Origin: a virus
Length of the DNA stretch: 60,486 bases
Direction: 5' to 3' (one strand)
IMG/VR virus record: IMGVR_UViG_3300012154_000001
Coordinates: 1 to 60,486 of that record
This document shows, piece by piece, positions 42,081 through 51,587 of the stretch. Within the stretch, counting starts at the first letter, position 1, and each line of letters begins with the position of its first letter. The notes beneath the pieces are model-generated. The model had not been told where the DNA came from and made no database searches. It saw only the letters and a program-made list of their open reading frames with translations. Both the position numbers and the translations under genes were made by a program.

Positions 42081-42185
42081 GATATTAATTGTGCAATTTG
42101 CCATTCGAGTGCCAGAAAATGCGAACTTAGACAAAACAGAATGGTTTGAAATTGTACAATATATACAAAATATAACATTCGTCCT

Positions 42186-43655
42186 TTGACGGATGCTTTT
42201 TATACCAAGAGGGGCGGTGATATTATCAAAACAGCACAGGATTTCTACGCCGCAGATGACAAAGCGGCATTTATTTCCATAGCGATAGCAGAATACAAGG
42301 CCTCAGCAGAGTTCAAGCACATGCTGGAAGCCGAGGCATATTTCCACGGTGACAACACTGCTATTGCCAACCGCCCCAAATGGAAAATGACCAAATCGGG
42401 GAAGGAAATAACGTTTAGTCAGAATATTGCAATATCAAATTTCTTCTTCCGGTTTACCGTTCAATTGAATCAATTTCTATTGGCGAATGGCGTACAACTT
42501 GACGATGGGATCAAAGAAAAGCTGGGTTTTGGTTTCGATAATTCATTCGAAGAAGCGGGGGAAATGGCACTAATAAACAGCGTGAGCTATCTATTTTTCG
42601 ATCTCGACCATGTGGAAAAATTTGAGGCCGCAGGGGATAAAGGCGGCAAAGGGTTTTTGATGCTATTTGACGAGCGCACGTCAGAACCTACAGTTGGCAT
42701 AAGATTCTGGCAAATAGATGATATGCGGCCGATGTATGTTGAATTATTTGAGATCAGTGGGATAACGGAGTTTGACACGAGCGATAATAACCAGCTTAAA
42801 ATGACACAGCCGAAGCGCTCCTACAAGCGCAAAACCACAAATTATCCGGGCGGGATACTTCCGGCAGAGGTGAAAGAGGCCGGAGATTACGGCGTACTTC
42901 CGATCGTGCCATTTTACGCAAACCGGCACCACCGCAGCGAGTTCACTAAGCCAATCAAAACCAAGATCGATATGTACGATAAAATATTTTCTGATTTCGG
43001 GGATAACCTTGAGCGCACAAATGATATTTTGTGGGTAATCAGTAATTTCGGCGGCACAACAGACGAAATCAAAGAAATGATCGCCGAAATCAATGAACTA
43101 GGGGCTACATACTCACAATCTGACGGAAGCGGAAACTCTTCGATAATGCCGCACACAATCGAGGTTCCATATGCCGCCAGACAGATAGCCTTGAAAATAC
43201 TGGAAGATTCTCTGTATGCTGATTACATGGCTATGAACTTTTCGGAAATATCTGGCGGATCACTGACCAACGTTGCTATTGATACAGCAAAATTCAATCT
43301 GAATACAAAATGTAACCGATTCGAATATCAGGCATTTCAGGCGGTCAGAAAGCTGTTGCAAATCGCTGGCGTCGAAACGGAAAACATCAAGTTCCGGCGA
43401 CAAGCAGTATCCAACCAGACAGAGAATATCAATAACGTGTTGGCTATATATGACCGGCAGTTGATTGATAAGCAAACAGCACTGGAGAAGTTGGACAATA
43501 TCGACATTGACGAAGTAAAAACTATACTGGAGCGGCTAAAAGAAGAGGAAGCGGCCGCCCTATCCGACATGAGCGCAGAGCGCGAACTCGCAAGGCTGCG
43601 GGAAGAAAATGAGCGGTTGACGCAGGAGGGGGAAGAAACGGTAAATAGCCAATAG
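42186..43655 (+). CDS. Portal protein (SPP1 gp6-like); true start probably ATC 42225
   Basis: 489-aa ORF. TTG 42186 has no SD, whereas GGCGG at 42213 lies 7 nt before the in-frame ATC 42225. Confidence 0.8.
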   Translation: MTDAFYTKRGGDIIKTAQDFYAADDKAAFISIAIAEYKASAEFKHMLEAEAYFHGDNTAIANRPKWKMTKSGKEITFSQNIAISNFFFRFTVQLNQFLLANGVQLDDGIKEKLGFGFDNSFEEAGEMALINSVSYLFFDLDHVEKFEAAGDKGGKGFLMLFDERTSEPTVGIRFWQIDDMRPMYVELFEISGITEFDTSDNNQLKMTQPKRSYKRKTTNYPGGILPAEVKEAGDYGVLPIVPFYANRHHRSEFTKPIKTKIDMYDKIFSDFGDNLERTNDILWVISNFGGTTDEIKEMIAEINELGATYSQSDGSGNSSIMPHTIEVPYAARQIALKILEDSLYADYMAMNFSEISGGSLTNVAIDTAKFNLNTKCNRFEYQAFQAVRKLLQIAGVETENIKFRRQAVSNQTENINNVLAIYDRQLIDKQTALEKLDNIDIDEVKTILERLKEEEAAALSDMSAERELARLREENERLTQEGEETVNSQ

Positions 43656-43688
43656 GCTTTTACGGTATAAGGCGATATGTACAATCGT

Positions 43689-43720
43689 AGAGCGGGAACC
43701 AGTCCCCCGCTCTTTTCTTA
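43689..43720 (+). terminator. Rho-independent terminator (cassette copy 1)
   Basis: AGAGCGGG pairs with CCCGCTCT, then TTTTCTT. Sequence is related to 51588-51616. Confidence 0.65.
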
Positions 43721-43762
43721 TGCTTATTTTGGACTGGAATAATAATTTAGGAGGACTGGAAC

Positions 43763-44281
43763 ATGCAACTGAACAAAAAGGCTTTACAGGAAGAAAACGA
43801 AGAATTGAGGCATGATATTGAGCAACTCAGGTGCGATATTGAGCAATGGAAACAAGACGCGCAAAAGTACAAACGCGATAAAGAGGGCGCCCTAGACCGC
43901 ATTAATAGCCTAAACATTGTGATTGATGGAATAAAGAAAGAACAGGACGAAACCAAGAAGCAAGCCGCTGGATATAAGCAGGAGCTTGACGGACTTACCG
44001 ATATCAAATCTATCCTGCGAGATATTAAATTCCGTCTTGACGGTCCTGCCGTTTCGCTCAATAAGCAAATCGAGGAATTAATGGCGCGGCTTGCCGATGA
44101 ACAGGATAGAGCAAATAATTTGGAGCGCGACCTTTGCAATAGATATGAAGATAGCCAGCGCATTCAATTCCTAGAGGGCAAAGTACAGGCGTACGAAGCT
44201 ATGTTTCGAGTGAATCCGGTCAGGATTGCATGGGGTGAAATTGAACAGGGCGAAATGCCGGAAAGCCGTTTTCCTCTTTAA
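43763..44281 (+). CDS. Hypothetical coiled-coil protein (moron)
   Basis: 172 aa with a TAGGAGGA SD and heptad-rich sequence. Confidence 0.5.
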   Translation: MQLNKKALQEENEELRHDIEQLRCDIEQWKQDAQKYKRDKEGALDRINSLNIVIDGIKKEQDETKKQAAGYKQELDGLTDIKSILRDIKFRLDGPAVSLNKQIEELMARLADEQDRANNLERDLCNRYEDSQRIQFLEGKVQAYEAMFRVNPVRIAWGEIEQGEMPESRFPL

Positions 44282-44327
44282 CATTCGTTCTTCGGCGGCA
44301 TAGCTTCGAAAGGATGAAGAGAAATGC

Positions 44328-44356
44328 TTGCGCATGAGTTTTGCAAATGATATACT
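44328..44356 (+). promoter_or_regulatory. Promoter (TTGCGC, 17 nt spacer, TATACT)
   Basis: Read directly, upstream of the 44382 gene. Confidence 0.45.
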
Positions 44357-44381
44357 CTATGTGTAAGGATGGTGAAATATT

Positions 44382-44615
44382 ATGTTAGAGCCGAGAAACC
44401 CAAACGAAACAGCGCAAGAACATTATGAGAGACACGAGCGGGCGAAAGAATACCTTAAAAGGCAAGAGCAGGAATTGGAATTATGGGAAAATCCACTATA
44501 TAGAGAAATGAAATACACGCAAGGAATTGTTGGGGCTTATGGCGGATCGCCCAAGGCCGAACAAAATAAAACAGTACTACAGACTATTATTGAATCATTT
44601 AAACCGTCCAGATAG
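44382..44615 (+). CDS. Hypothetical protein (moron)
   Basis: 77 aa, followed by a small hairpin and a T-run. Confidence 0.45.
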   Translation: MLEPRNPNETAQEHYERHERAKEYLKRQEQELELWENPLYREMKYTQGIVGAYGGSPKAEQNKTVLQTIIESFKPSR

Positions 44616-44648
44616 GGCGGTTTTTACGTACCATGAAAGGCGGAGAGA

Positions 44649-45053
44649 ATGGACAGATTTAAATTTAGAGCGTGGGACAAAGAGGCTGAGAAGATGATTA
44701 GCTTCGAATCATTAAAAAACATGACTAGCCTTGTCGGCAACGAAGCTGTAACGCGCAAGGGTGTGTTTTACCCGTTTTTAATGGAAGAATTGGAATTTAT
44801 GCAGTGTGTCGACCGGAAGAGCAAGGGTGGAAACTTGATATACGAGGGTGATATCGTCTCATGGCGGCAGTTCTGCACAGGGGTAGTCGTTTTTTCTTGT
44901 TGTGGATTTTTCATAGAGTGGGATTCCGAAGGGTTCGGCAGAGAAATTTATGCGTGGCTGGGCGAACTTGAAATTATCGGAAACATATACGAAAATCCAG
45001 GATTGCTTGAGGAGATTGAAAGGAAAAGAAAGATAGGAGGGAATAGTCTATGA
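44649..45053 (+). CDS. YopX-like protein
   Basis: FKFRAWDKEAEKM ... GNIYENPGLLE. Confidence 0.6.
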   Translation: MDRFKFRAWDKEAEKMISFESLKNMTSLVGNEAVTRKGVFYPFLMEELEFMQCVDRKSKGGNLIYEGDIVSWRQFCTGVVVFSCCGFFIEWDSEGFGREIYAWLGELEIIGNIYENPGLLEEIERKRKIGGNSL

Positions 45054-45226
45054 CGCGTAATAAAGTAATAATGGACATACAAGATATTTTAAATTCCGTT
45101 GATAAAATCAAGGATATTTCAGAATTAAATATAAAAATTATCGCAGAAGGTGATCGTGGTATTTATACAATAAACGCAAAATTGACCGAACGGGATGGCC
45201 CAACTCAACCAGACGAAGCACCTTAG
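45050..45226 (+). CDS. Possible small protein (58 aa)
   Basis: Not in the ORF track; ATGA coupling. Confidence 0.3.
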   Translation: MTRNKVIMDIQDILNSVDKIKDISELNIKIIAEGDRGIYTINAKLTERDGPTQPDEAP

Positions 45227-45247
45227 CGCTTATCATCCGGAGGGAAA

Positions 45248-45514
45248 ATGAAAGCATATCAAATTATCGCACTGCAAAAACAATACGGGAACATAACGCT
45301 GGATGAAGTAATAGCTATATTAAACAGAAAATATATTTGCCCCAAATGCGCCGGAAAAGGATTGGAAAAGGTTATTGTGAGATATGGTTCGTATGGTTAT
45401 TCGGAAGACGAATACGAAAATAGAGATTGCGATATTTGCGATGGTCACGGATATACCGAAAAAGAAATGATTCCCGATGTGATAACAAAAGTAGTTGGTT
45501 ATGAATTAAAATAA
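45248..45514 (+). CDS. Zinc-finger small protein (DnaJ-type CxxCxGxG)
   Basis: Contains CPKCAGKG and CDICDGHG. Confidence 0.5.
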   Translation: MKAYQIIALQKQYGNITLDEVIAILNRKYICPKCAGKGLEKVIVRYGSYGYSEDEYENRDCDICDGHGYTEKEMIPDVITKVVGYELK

Positions 45515-45547
45515 AACATCAAAACTATTTTCGATAGGGGCATGTGA

Positions 45548-45763
45548 ATGAAAGAACACTTTGAGTCACTCAACAAAGAAATAAAACATTGGAGCGGACG
45601 CAAATTTAACTTTTCAAAGGAGCACATTTGCGAAGAGGCGAAAGAAAGCTCATGTAATTTACTTTATGACACATTGAGCAAGAAGTGGCTTTATGTTGAC
45701 GAATATATAGAGGAATTTAGCTATTGCCCACATTGCGGGGTAAAATTGCAGGATTTGTTATGA
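45548..45763 (+). CDS. Hypothetical zinc-ribbon protein
   Basis: Contains CPHCG. Followed by the hairpin AGACATC/GATGTCT and a T-run. Confidence 0.45.
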   Translation: MKEHFESLNKEIKHWSGRKFNFSKEHICEEAKESSCNLLYDTLSKKWLYVDEYIEEFSYCPHCGVKLQDLL

Positions 45764-45842
45764 TAAAAATATAAAACAGCAATATCAACATTAAGACATC
45801 CGAGGAGATGTCTTTTTCTGTGTCATGAAGGGCGGTGATGTT

Positions 45843-46064
45843 ATGAAGAACATTGAAGTGTTTTGCAATGTCGGAGACTATGTATATATACCCACATACA
45901 GGGTGCCGATAAAGGCCAAGATACGACAAATAAGCATAAGCGAAAATGAAATCACCTATTATACCAACGGCCCCGTACTGGCTTATTTTACTGAAAGAGA
46001 CATCGGAATTGCGGTATTTAACACAAAAGATGAATGCGAAAAACGTTGCACGATTAATCGTTGA
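45843..46064 (+). CDS. Hypothetical protein
   Basis: ATG 45843 lies 7 nt after GGCGG. Confidence 0.45.
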   Translation: MKNIEVFCNVGDYVYIPTYRVPIKAKIRQISISENEITYYTNGPVLAYFTERDIGIAVFNTKDECEKRCTINR

Positions 46065-46091
46065 TTCACTATCCCGAAAGGCGGTGATGTC

Positions 46092-47450
46092 ATTTCAATA
46101 TTCAGCAAATCAAAAGAAGCACAAGAACGCTATTGGTCGCAGAGAGCAGAGAGGGTTATACTGGCTTCGGAAAAGACCGCCGCCGAAATGACAACCGATC
46201 TCGCGAAAACATACAGGGAAGCGCAAAAAGCCATACAAAAGGAAATTGAAAGCTTTTACGGAAAATATTCACGCGATACCGGAGTGACATTGGAAGAGGC
46301 CCGCCAAGCCCTCAGCAAATCAGAGATGAAGTCCTATCTTGAACAGACGCAGGAATACTACGACGCGATCAAGGAGACGGGATATGCATTCGATCCGGCC
46401 TATCGGCAGAAACTACACCGGCGGCTGTCATTGAAGTCTGCGGTGAGCCGTCTGGAGGCGCTACAGGATAACATACAATTCCAGGTTGAGAAATTGTATG
46501 CACAGGAGCAGGACGCGTTCAGGGAGGGTTTAGGTGTTGCATACGAGGATGCGTACTACCGGACGATCTTCAATATCCAGCAAGGATTAGGCTTCGGTTC
46601 TCCATTTTCTTCGTTGGATACGAAAACGATAGAAAAAGCCGTATCGCAAAAGTGGCTTGGAGAGAACTATTCTGACCGGATATGGACGGACAAAGACCGG
46701 CTGACTATTGCGATGGGGCAGATCATACCGCGCGGAATTGCGCTTGGTAATAATCCCCGGATTATCGGTAATGATGTAGCCGACCAGCTGGGCGTTCGGC
46801 GGTCTTATGGTGAGAGATTGGCGAGGACGGAAACAAATTTCATCGCTAATGCCGCAACGTACGACACTTACGAAGAAGCCGGTATTGAGCGATATCAGTT
46901 TTTGGCCACGCTTGACAATCGAACATCGGATATCTGTCAGAGCCTTGATTTGAGGATATTCAATTTGTCGGAAAAGATAGTGGGAGTAACTTACCCGCCC
47001 ACACATCCGAATTGCCGAAGCACCACAGTCGCGTACTGGCCTCCCGATGAGATTGACGCTATGTTCGATGATGTGGCAACCAGAATTGCCCGTGATCCCG
47101 TTACAGGAAAAAACTATTACGTTCCCGCAGACATGCCGTACAAAGAATGGCGTGCGAGTTTGACGGAAGATCAGGGGAAGGAATTTTTATCTACCCAAAA
47201 ACGTGAAAAGTATTACGAGAACGACAAGGAGCAGCTGGCAAACTATAAACGGTTTATCGCCGCTGCCAAAAAAGAGCACGGTAGCGATCTCGTGTCCGGC
47301 CTGTTTGAAGGAATGCCGAAAACCATTGCTGAATTCCAAGAAATGAAATATTTGGATTCAAAGAAGTGGGAAATCATCAAAGACAACAGGAAACAATTGA
47401 CCGGTAGCTGGTGGAAAGAAGAGCTTGAAAAGAAGAAAGCGCAGGGATAA
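46092..47450 (+). CDS. Head morphogenesis protein (SPP1 gp7 / Mu F-like); probable ATT start
   Basis: NRTSDICQSLD...HPNCRST core. A family-typical N-terminal helix (ERYWSQRAERV) is encoded in frame upstream of ATG 46188. GGCGG lies 7 nt before ATT 46092. Confidence 0.75.
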   Translation: MSIFSKSKEAQERYWSQRAERVILASEKTAAEMTTDLAKTYREAQKAIQKEIESFYGKYSRDTGVTLEEARQALSKSEMKSYLEQTQEYYDAIKETGYAFDPAYRQKLHRRLSLKSAVSRLEALQDNIQFQVEKLYAQEQDAFREGLGVAYEDAYYRTIFNIQQGLGFGSPFSSLDTKTIEKAVSQKWLGENYSDRIWTDKDRLTIAMGQIIPRGIALGNNPRIIGNDVADQLGVRRSYGERLARTETNFIANAATYDTYEEAGIERYQFLATLDNRTSDICQSLDLRIFNLSEKIVGVTYPPTHPNCRSTTVAYWPPDEIDAMFDDVATRIARDPVTGKNYYVPADMPYKEWRASLTEDQGKEFLSTQKREKYYENDKEQLANYKRFIAAAKKEHGSDLVSGLFEGMPKTIAEFQEMKYLDSKKWEIIKDNRKQLTGSWWKEELEKKKAQG

Positions 47451-47453
47451 TCA

Positions 47454-47921
47454 ATGGCGAAAGAAGCTGATTTCAGAGAGTTGGAGAAGTTTTTAGAGAA
47501 TTGGACGGATGCCTATAATGATTTTGACGATTTTTTAAGAAAGTTTTTGCTCGAAATGGCCTTGCGGGCAATCGCCAAGATCAAACCGAGAACGCCAGTC
47601 GATACCGGAGCATTAAGAAACACGTGGGGAGTTGGCAACCAGTCCTTGCAAGTCGGCCGGAAAACAGGCGAAGCGTTGAGTGCGTTCGAACAAGCAGCAA
47701 CGATAGATAGTGTGGAAATAGTCGGTGACAGCGTTCAAATCTCAATCTGGAATATAATGGACTATGCGTCGTTTGTTGAGTATGGGCATAGGCTCACCAA
47801 TGGCGCATGGCAAGACGGACGGTTCATGATGACTTTGAGTGTAGACGAAATCAGTCGCCAGATTCCGGCCCGCTGGAACAAGGCGTTCAAAGCTTATTTG
47901 CAGAGCAAGGGGGCAACCTAA
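47454..47921 (+). CDS. HK97 gp10-like protein
   Basis: Motifs PVDTGALRNTW and DYASFVEYG. Confidence 0.55.
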   Translation: MAKEADFRELEKFLENWTDAYNDFDDFLRKFLLEMALRAIAKIKPRTPVDTGALRNTWGVGNQSLQVGRKTGEALSAFEQAATIDSVEIVGDSVQISIWNIMDYASFVEYGHRLTNGAWQDGRFMMTLSVDEISRQIPARWNKAFKAYLQSKGAT

Positions 47922-47968
47922 TCTCGCGGCGCGGAATTATGCGCTCAATAAAATTAAGGAGAATTGAT

Positions 47969-48160
47969 ATGAAACGACAAGTAACTACAATTACCAAAGA
48001 ATACGATAAGGACGGAAATCTTATCAATGAAATCACCGAAACTACTCTGGAAGAAGATGACGGCTATATTTATCCACAACAACCCTATCAGTGGTGTCCA
48101 CCAACCGGAAATCCGCTTGTGTCAACGTGCGAAGGTGCATGTAATTGCAATAAGGAGTAG
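47969..48160 (+). CDS. Hypothetical small protein
   Basis: Internal ATG after AAGGAG; 63 aa. Confidence 0.4.
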   Translation: MKRQVTTITKEYDKDGNLINEITETTLEEDDGYIYPQQPYQWCPPTGNPLVSTCEGACNCNKE

Positions 48161-48207
48161 CCCTGCGCTTCATCATTGCGCGTAATTTAAATAAGGAGAA
48201 TTGAATT

Positions 48208-48369
48208 ATGAATGAAAAACAGAAAGAATTTGAGGCATTAGCAAAGCCGTTGATTAAGTTCCTAAATAACAATTATTGTCCGCATGTATCAGTCATCATA
48301 ACGCCAGATAGTGCAGAGTTGTTAAGCGGCGAAATGGCGTTTTACACGGACGAATTTATAAAAGATTGA
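48208..48369 (+). CDS. Possible small protein (53 aa)
   Basis: Not in the ORF track. AAGGAGAATTGA leader like that of the previous gene. Confidence 0.35.
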   Translation: MNEKQKEFEALAKPLIKFLNNNYCPHVSVIITPDSAELLSGEMAFYTDEFIKD

Positions 48370-48414
48370 ATTCGCCATCTGACTGATAGTTGTGTTTGGG
48401 GGGAACGAAAAGCA

Positions 48415-48621
48415 ATGGAAATATATAAGATTATTGCAGACAGAAAACCAAAAGAATGTCTATTGTGTCCTATTCGAAATACCGTTGAGGGACAATGTGG
48501 AAAGCGAAAATTTGAAAAGCTTACAGGCGGTTGGGAAACAGAATATTTAGCACCAGACGATAGGTGCAAATTCGAAATATTCGAAGGGCGTTTCATAAAG
48601 GCGGTGAAAAATGAAACATGA
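48415..48621 (+). CDS. Hypothetical Cys-containing protein
   Basis: 68 aa. Confidence 0.4.
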   Translation: MEIYKIIADRKPKECLLCPIRNTVEGQCGKRKFEKLTGGWETEYLAPDDRCKFEIFEGRFIKAVKNET

Positions 48622-49012
48622 TTACTTGTGCCCCGATTGTGGGAAACGAATAGCGACATACAACGACGATGCCGAGAGCGAAGGTGTTTTCTGTTGGTGC
48701 AAATCTTGCCGGGGTGAGAAAGAAATTAAAATTAAAAACAATACCCGCGTTAATAATTGGCCGACAAAGATTCCGGAGCATGTGCCGGAATCAGCGAAAA
48801 CATATTGGGATAGATGTCCGCTCTGTCAAATGATCACAGAATCAACGCACCCGACACTCAAAATGAAGTATCGCTGTGTACCTGGCGGTGTCAATATTTT
48901 TTTGTCATTGTTAGAAATAACACATCTGAGCAACGAAGAATTTTTAAGAATTATTAATTTAAAAATGGAAGAGGCATGTCACTATTGCCAGTGTGAAAGA
49001 GAAGAGGAATAA
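48611..49012 (+). CDS. Hypothetical zinc-ribbon protein
   Basis: Contains CPDCG...CWCKSC. Confidence 0.45.
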   Translation: MKHDYLCPDCGKRIATYNDDAESEGVFCWCKSCRGEKEIKIKNNTRVNNWPTKIPEHVPESAKTYWDRCPLCQMITESTHPTLKMKYRCVPGGVNIFLSLLEITHLSNEEFLRIINLKMEEACHYCQCEREEE

Positions 49013-49035
49013 GAGCCAAAAGGAGAGCCAAGAGG

Positions 49036-49323
49036 ATGAAAGAGTATAAAAGAGTTGAGCGAGTCGTGTTCAAGGATATTCCATCTGGAATCTATTGCGA
49101 TAAATGCGGCAAAACGATAGGAATGGAACAATGCGGGCAGGCGGGAAAAAGATATTACGAAGTAATCACCGGTCACAATGATTGGGGAAATAGCAGCCAC
49201 GAAAGCATAAAGAATCTTGATTTCTGCTCATACGAATGCTTGACAGAGCATCAAAATGATTACTTTTCAAAAGCCTCGGGATCAGCGTATTATGAAATAA
49301 AGCTAAACTATGCAAAACAATAA
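49036..49323 (+). CDS. Hypothetical zinc-ribbon protein
   Basis: Contains CDKCG...CSYEC. Confidence 0.45.
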   Translation: MKEYKRVERVVFKDIPSGIYCDKCGKTIGMEQCGQAGKRYYEVITGHNDWGNSSHESIKNLDFCSYECLTEHQNDYFSKASGSAYYEIKLNYAKQ

Positions 49324-49341
49324 AATAATTAGAGCCATCGA

Positions 49342-49378
49342 GCCATTCATTTCCTAACGGAAGTGGGTGGCTTTTTTT
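49342..49378 (+). terminator. Rho-independent terminator
   Basis: 13-bp stem GCCATTCATTTCC / GGAAGTGGGTGGC (3 G-U pairs), TAAC loop, then seven T. Confidence 0.7.
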
Positions 49379-49394
49379 ATTGTCAAAATTCGCT

Positions 49395-49490
49395 TAGCGT
49401 GGAACCGCTATAAAAGCCAGGAGCGAGAATTACAAAACGGCAACCAAAAAACCAAATACTCTAGCGTGGAACCGCTATAAAAGCCAGGAG
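49395..49490 (+). repeat. Two exact 29-bp direct repeats upstream of the head operon
   Basis: TAGCGTGGAACCGCTATAAAAGCCAGGAG occurs at 49395-49423 and 49462-49490. Each copy contains a TAGCG/CGCTA inverted pair. Confidence 0.85.
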
Positions 49491-49500
49491 GAGTACGCAC

Positions 49501-49677
49501 ATGAAAGCTACGATTACATTAAGCGATGGCACTACCATTGTCCTTGAAGAATTTCATCACTACGAAGAAAATGGCGACACAACAATTGATTTTCTTGATG
49601 AACAGGGAAGATTACTTGCATCTGTGAATAAAAACCATTTTGTTCATGTGACTAGATTTCAAGAGGGGGATAAATAA
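49501..49677 (+). CDS. Possible small protein (58 aa)
   Basis: Not in the ORF track. The AGGAGGAG SD is supplied by the second repeat copy. TAATG coupling to the scaffold gene. Confidence 0.4.
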   Translation: MKATITLSDGTTIVLEEFHHYEENGDTTIDFLDEQGRLLASVNKNHFVHVTRFQEGDK

Positions 49678-50330
49678 TGGATATTTTAGCAATCATCAAA
49701 GACAACTTGCCGGACGACGTAGAGATTACGGACAAGACCTTGAAGGCAATCGAAAAAGAAATTAAGGCCGAACAGGGCAAGGAGTTCGTGCCAAAAGAGC
49801 AGTACAGCAAAAAAACGGACAGGATCATCGAGCTGGAAGCCGAAAACAAAGACCTGCAAGGGAAGTCTGCTGATGCGGATACGTATAAGCAGAAATTTGA
49901 AGATTTGCAAACCAAGTACGATGCTGATATCGCGGCCAAGGAAAAAGAATACAGCGATTACAAAACCAATGTCGAATCGGAAAAAACCACATCGGCAATC
50001 ACGGCAGATATCGAAACGCGATTACTCAAAGACGGCGCAAATCAGAAACTTGTCAAGCTGCTGCTGAAAGAGGTTGATGTAACAAAAGCCGAGTACAAAG
50101 ATGGCGCTGTGTCCAATTATGACGATCTGACGAAATCGGTCAAGGAAAGCTATGCCGACGTATTCGGGACAACCACCACTACCGGAGCGGGAGTGGCTAC
50201 GCCGCCAGCAGGAGCCGGTGAAAAGCCGGATTATGTAAGCCAGCTTACTGCCGCAAGAAAAGCAGGAAGCACACAGGATGCGATAAGGATTAAAACAGAA
50301 GCCGCCGAAAACGGGGTTTATTTAATTTAA
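49677..50330 (+). CDS. Capsid scaffolding protein (GP20-like)
   Basis: 217 aa, helical and charged (KEFVPKEQYSKKTDRIIELEAENKDL). Directly upstream of the capsid gene. Confidence 0.75.
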   Translation: MDILAIIKDNLPDDVEITDKTLKAIEKEIKAEQGKEFVPKEQYSKKTDRIIELEAENKDLQGKSADADTYKQKFEDLQTKYDADIAAKEKEYSDYKTNVESEKTTSAITADIETRLLKDGANQKLVKLLLKEVDVTKAEYKDGAVSNYDDLTKSVKESYADVFGTTTTTGAGVATPPAGAGEKPDYVSQLTAARKAGSTQDAIRIKTEAAENGVYLI

Positions 50331-50348
50331 GAAAAGGAGATATAAAAT

Positions 50349-51308
50349 ATGCCAGTAGTAGCAGGAATTGGAACAACTTGGAACCTTCCGAACTATGCGG
50401 GGGAATTATTTACAGCAGCACCGACTGCCACGCCGCTTTTATCGATGATCGGCGGTTTGTCAGGAGGAATTACGACCACTAACGCAGAATTCCCAACCGC
50501 GCAGCTTTTTGATTATCCGGATGCAGAGCAGCCAGGGATATCGGAAGCAGCTTCGGCGACCGCACCAACAGCAAGGCACATTGAGCGCAACCAGGAAACC
50601 AACGTAGTACAGATTCACCAGGACACCACGGACTTGACTTACCACAAGCTTGCCAATACGGGCAGGATGGCCGGACTCAACACGGCGGGCCAGACACCGA
50701 ACCCGGCCGGGGAATTGGCTTGGCAGATTCAGCACAGCCTGCTTGTTCCGGCAGCCCGAAATATCGAATATTCGTTCATTGCCGGAAGATACCAGTTAGC
50801 CACAGGGGTGAGCGTGCCAAATAAGACAAGAGGAATGCTCCAATTGTGTGAGGATGGTACCAATATCGCCGCAGCGGGCGCGGAATTGACTTTTGATATG
50901 CTACAGTCATTGTATCAGGAGATGGCTGATAATGGGGCTTATTTTGAGAATATGGTTATGTTTGTTCCGGCGAAACTCAAGCAAAAGATTTCATCCATTT
51001 ACGCAAGTCTCCCTGGTGGCAATTTGCCGCCATCGAGAAACGAGGGTGGTATCAATATCACAGATATCGAAACGGATTTTACGAAAATTGGCGTAGTGTG
51101 GAATCGGTTTATGCCGAACGGTACTATCTTGCTTTGCGATATCGCATATATGGCACCGGTATTTCTGGAAGTTCCGGGCAAGGGCGTATTCTTTGTGGAA
51201 GAGCTGGCAAAAGTAGGAGCCAGCGAGAAGCGTCAGTTGTATGGAGAGGTAGGACTTGACCACGGCCCCGCGTTCCTGCATGGCTCAATAACAGGTCTGG
51301 CGGTGTAA
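50349..51308 (+). CDS. Major capsid protein (DUF5309 / SU10-type by resemblance)
   Basis: 319 aa with N-terminal NLPNYAGELF. Position after the scaffold gene. Confidence 0.8.
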   Translation: MPVVAGIGTTWNLPNYAGELFTAAPTATPLLSMIGGLSGGITTTNAEFPTAQLFDYPDAEQPGISEAASATAPTARHIERNQETNVVQIHQDTTDLTYHKLANTGRMAGLNTAGQTPNPAGELAWQIQHSLLVPAARNIEYSFIAGRYQLATGVSVPNKTRGMLQLCEDGTNIAAAGAELTFDMLQSLYQEMADNGAYFENMVMFVPAKLKQKISSIYASLPGGNLPPSRNEGGINITDIETDFTKIGVVWNRFMPNGTILLCDIAYMAPVFLEVPGKGVFFVEELAKVGASEKRQLYGEVGLDHGPAFLHGSITGLAV

Positions 51309-51309
51309 T

Positions 51310-51546
51310 ATGGGCCGGTTTGTTTGGGATGCAGGGAAAAACAAAGCCATCCCGCTATCGGAAATAAGTATTGAACCGGAGCAGGGGGAAACCTTTGCTC
51401 CAGCCGTTCCGGAGGAATCCACGGATTACAACGACATGAACGACGAGGCCCTTGCTGCCCTTGCCACTGAAAGGCACATTGATACCACAGGAAAAACCCG
51501 TAGGCAGGTGATAAACGCGCTTCGCAAGGCCGACGAACAAGGTTAA
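51310..51546 (+). CDS. Small head-associated protein with Rho_N/SAP-like C-terminus
   Basis: MNDEALAALATERHIDTTGKTRRQVINALRKA. Confidence 0.4.
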   Translation: MGRFVWDAGKNKAIPLSEISIEPEQGETFAPAVPEESTDYNDMNDEALAALATERHIDTTGKTRRQVINALRKADEQG

Positions 51547-51587
51547 ATGCCATTGGCTTTAACAGCATAGAACGGTATCATGAACCG

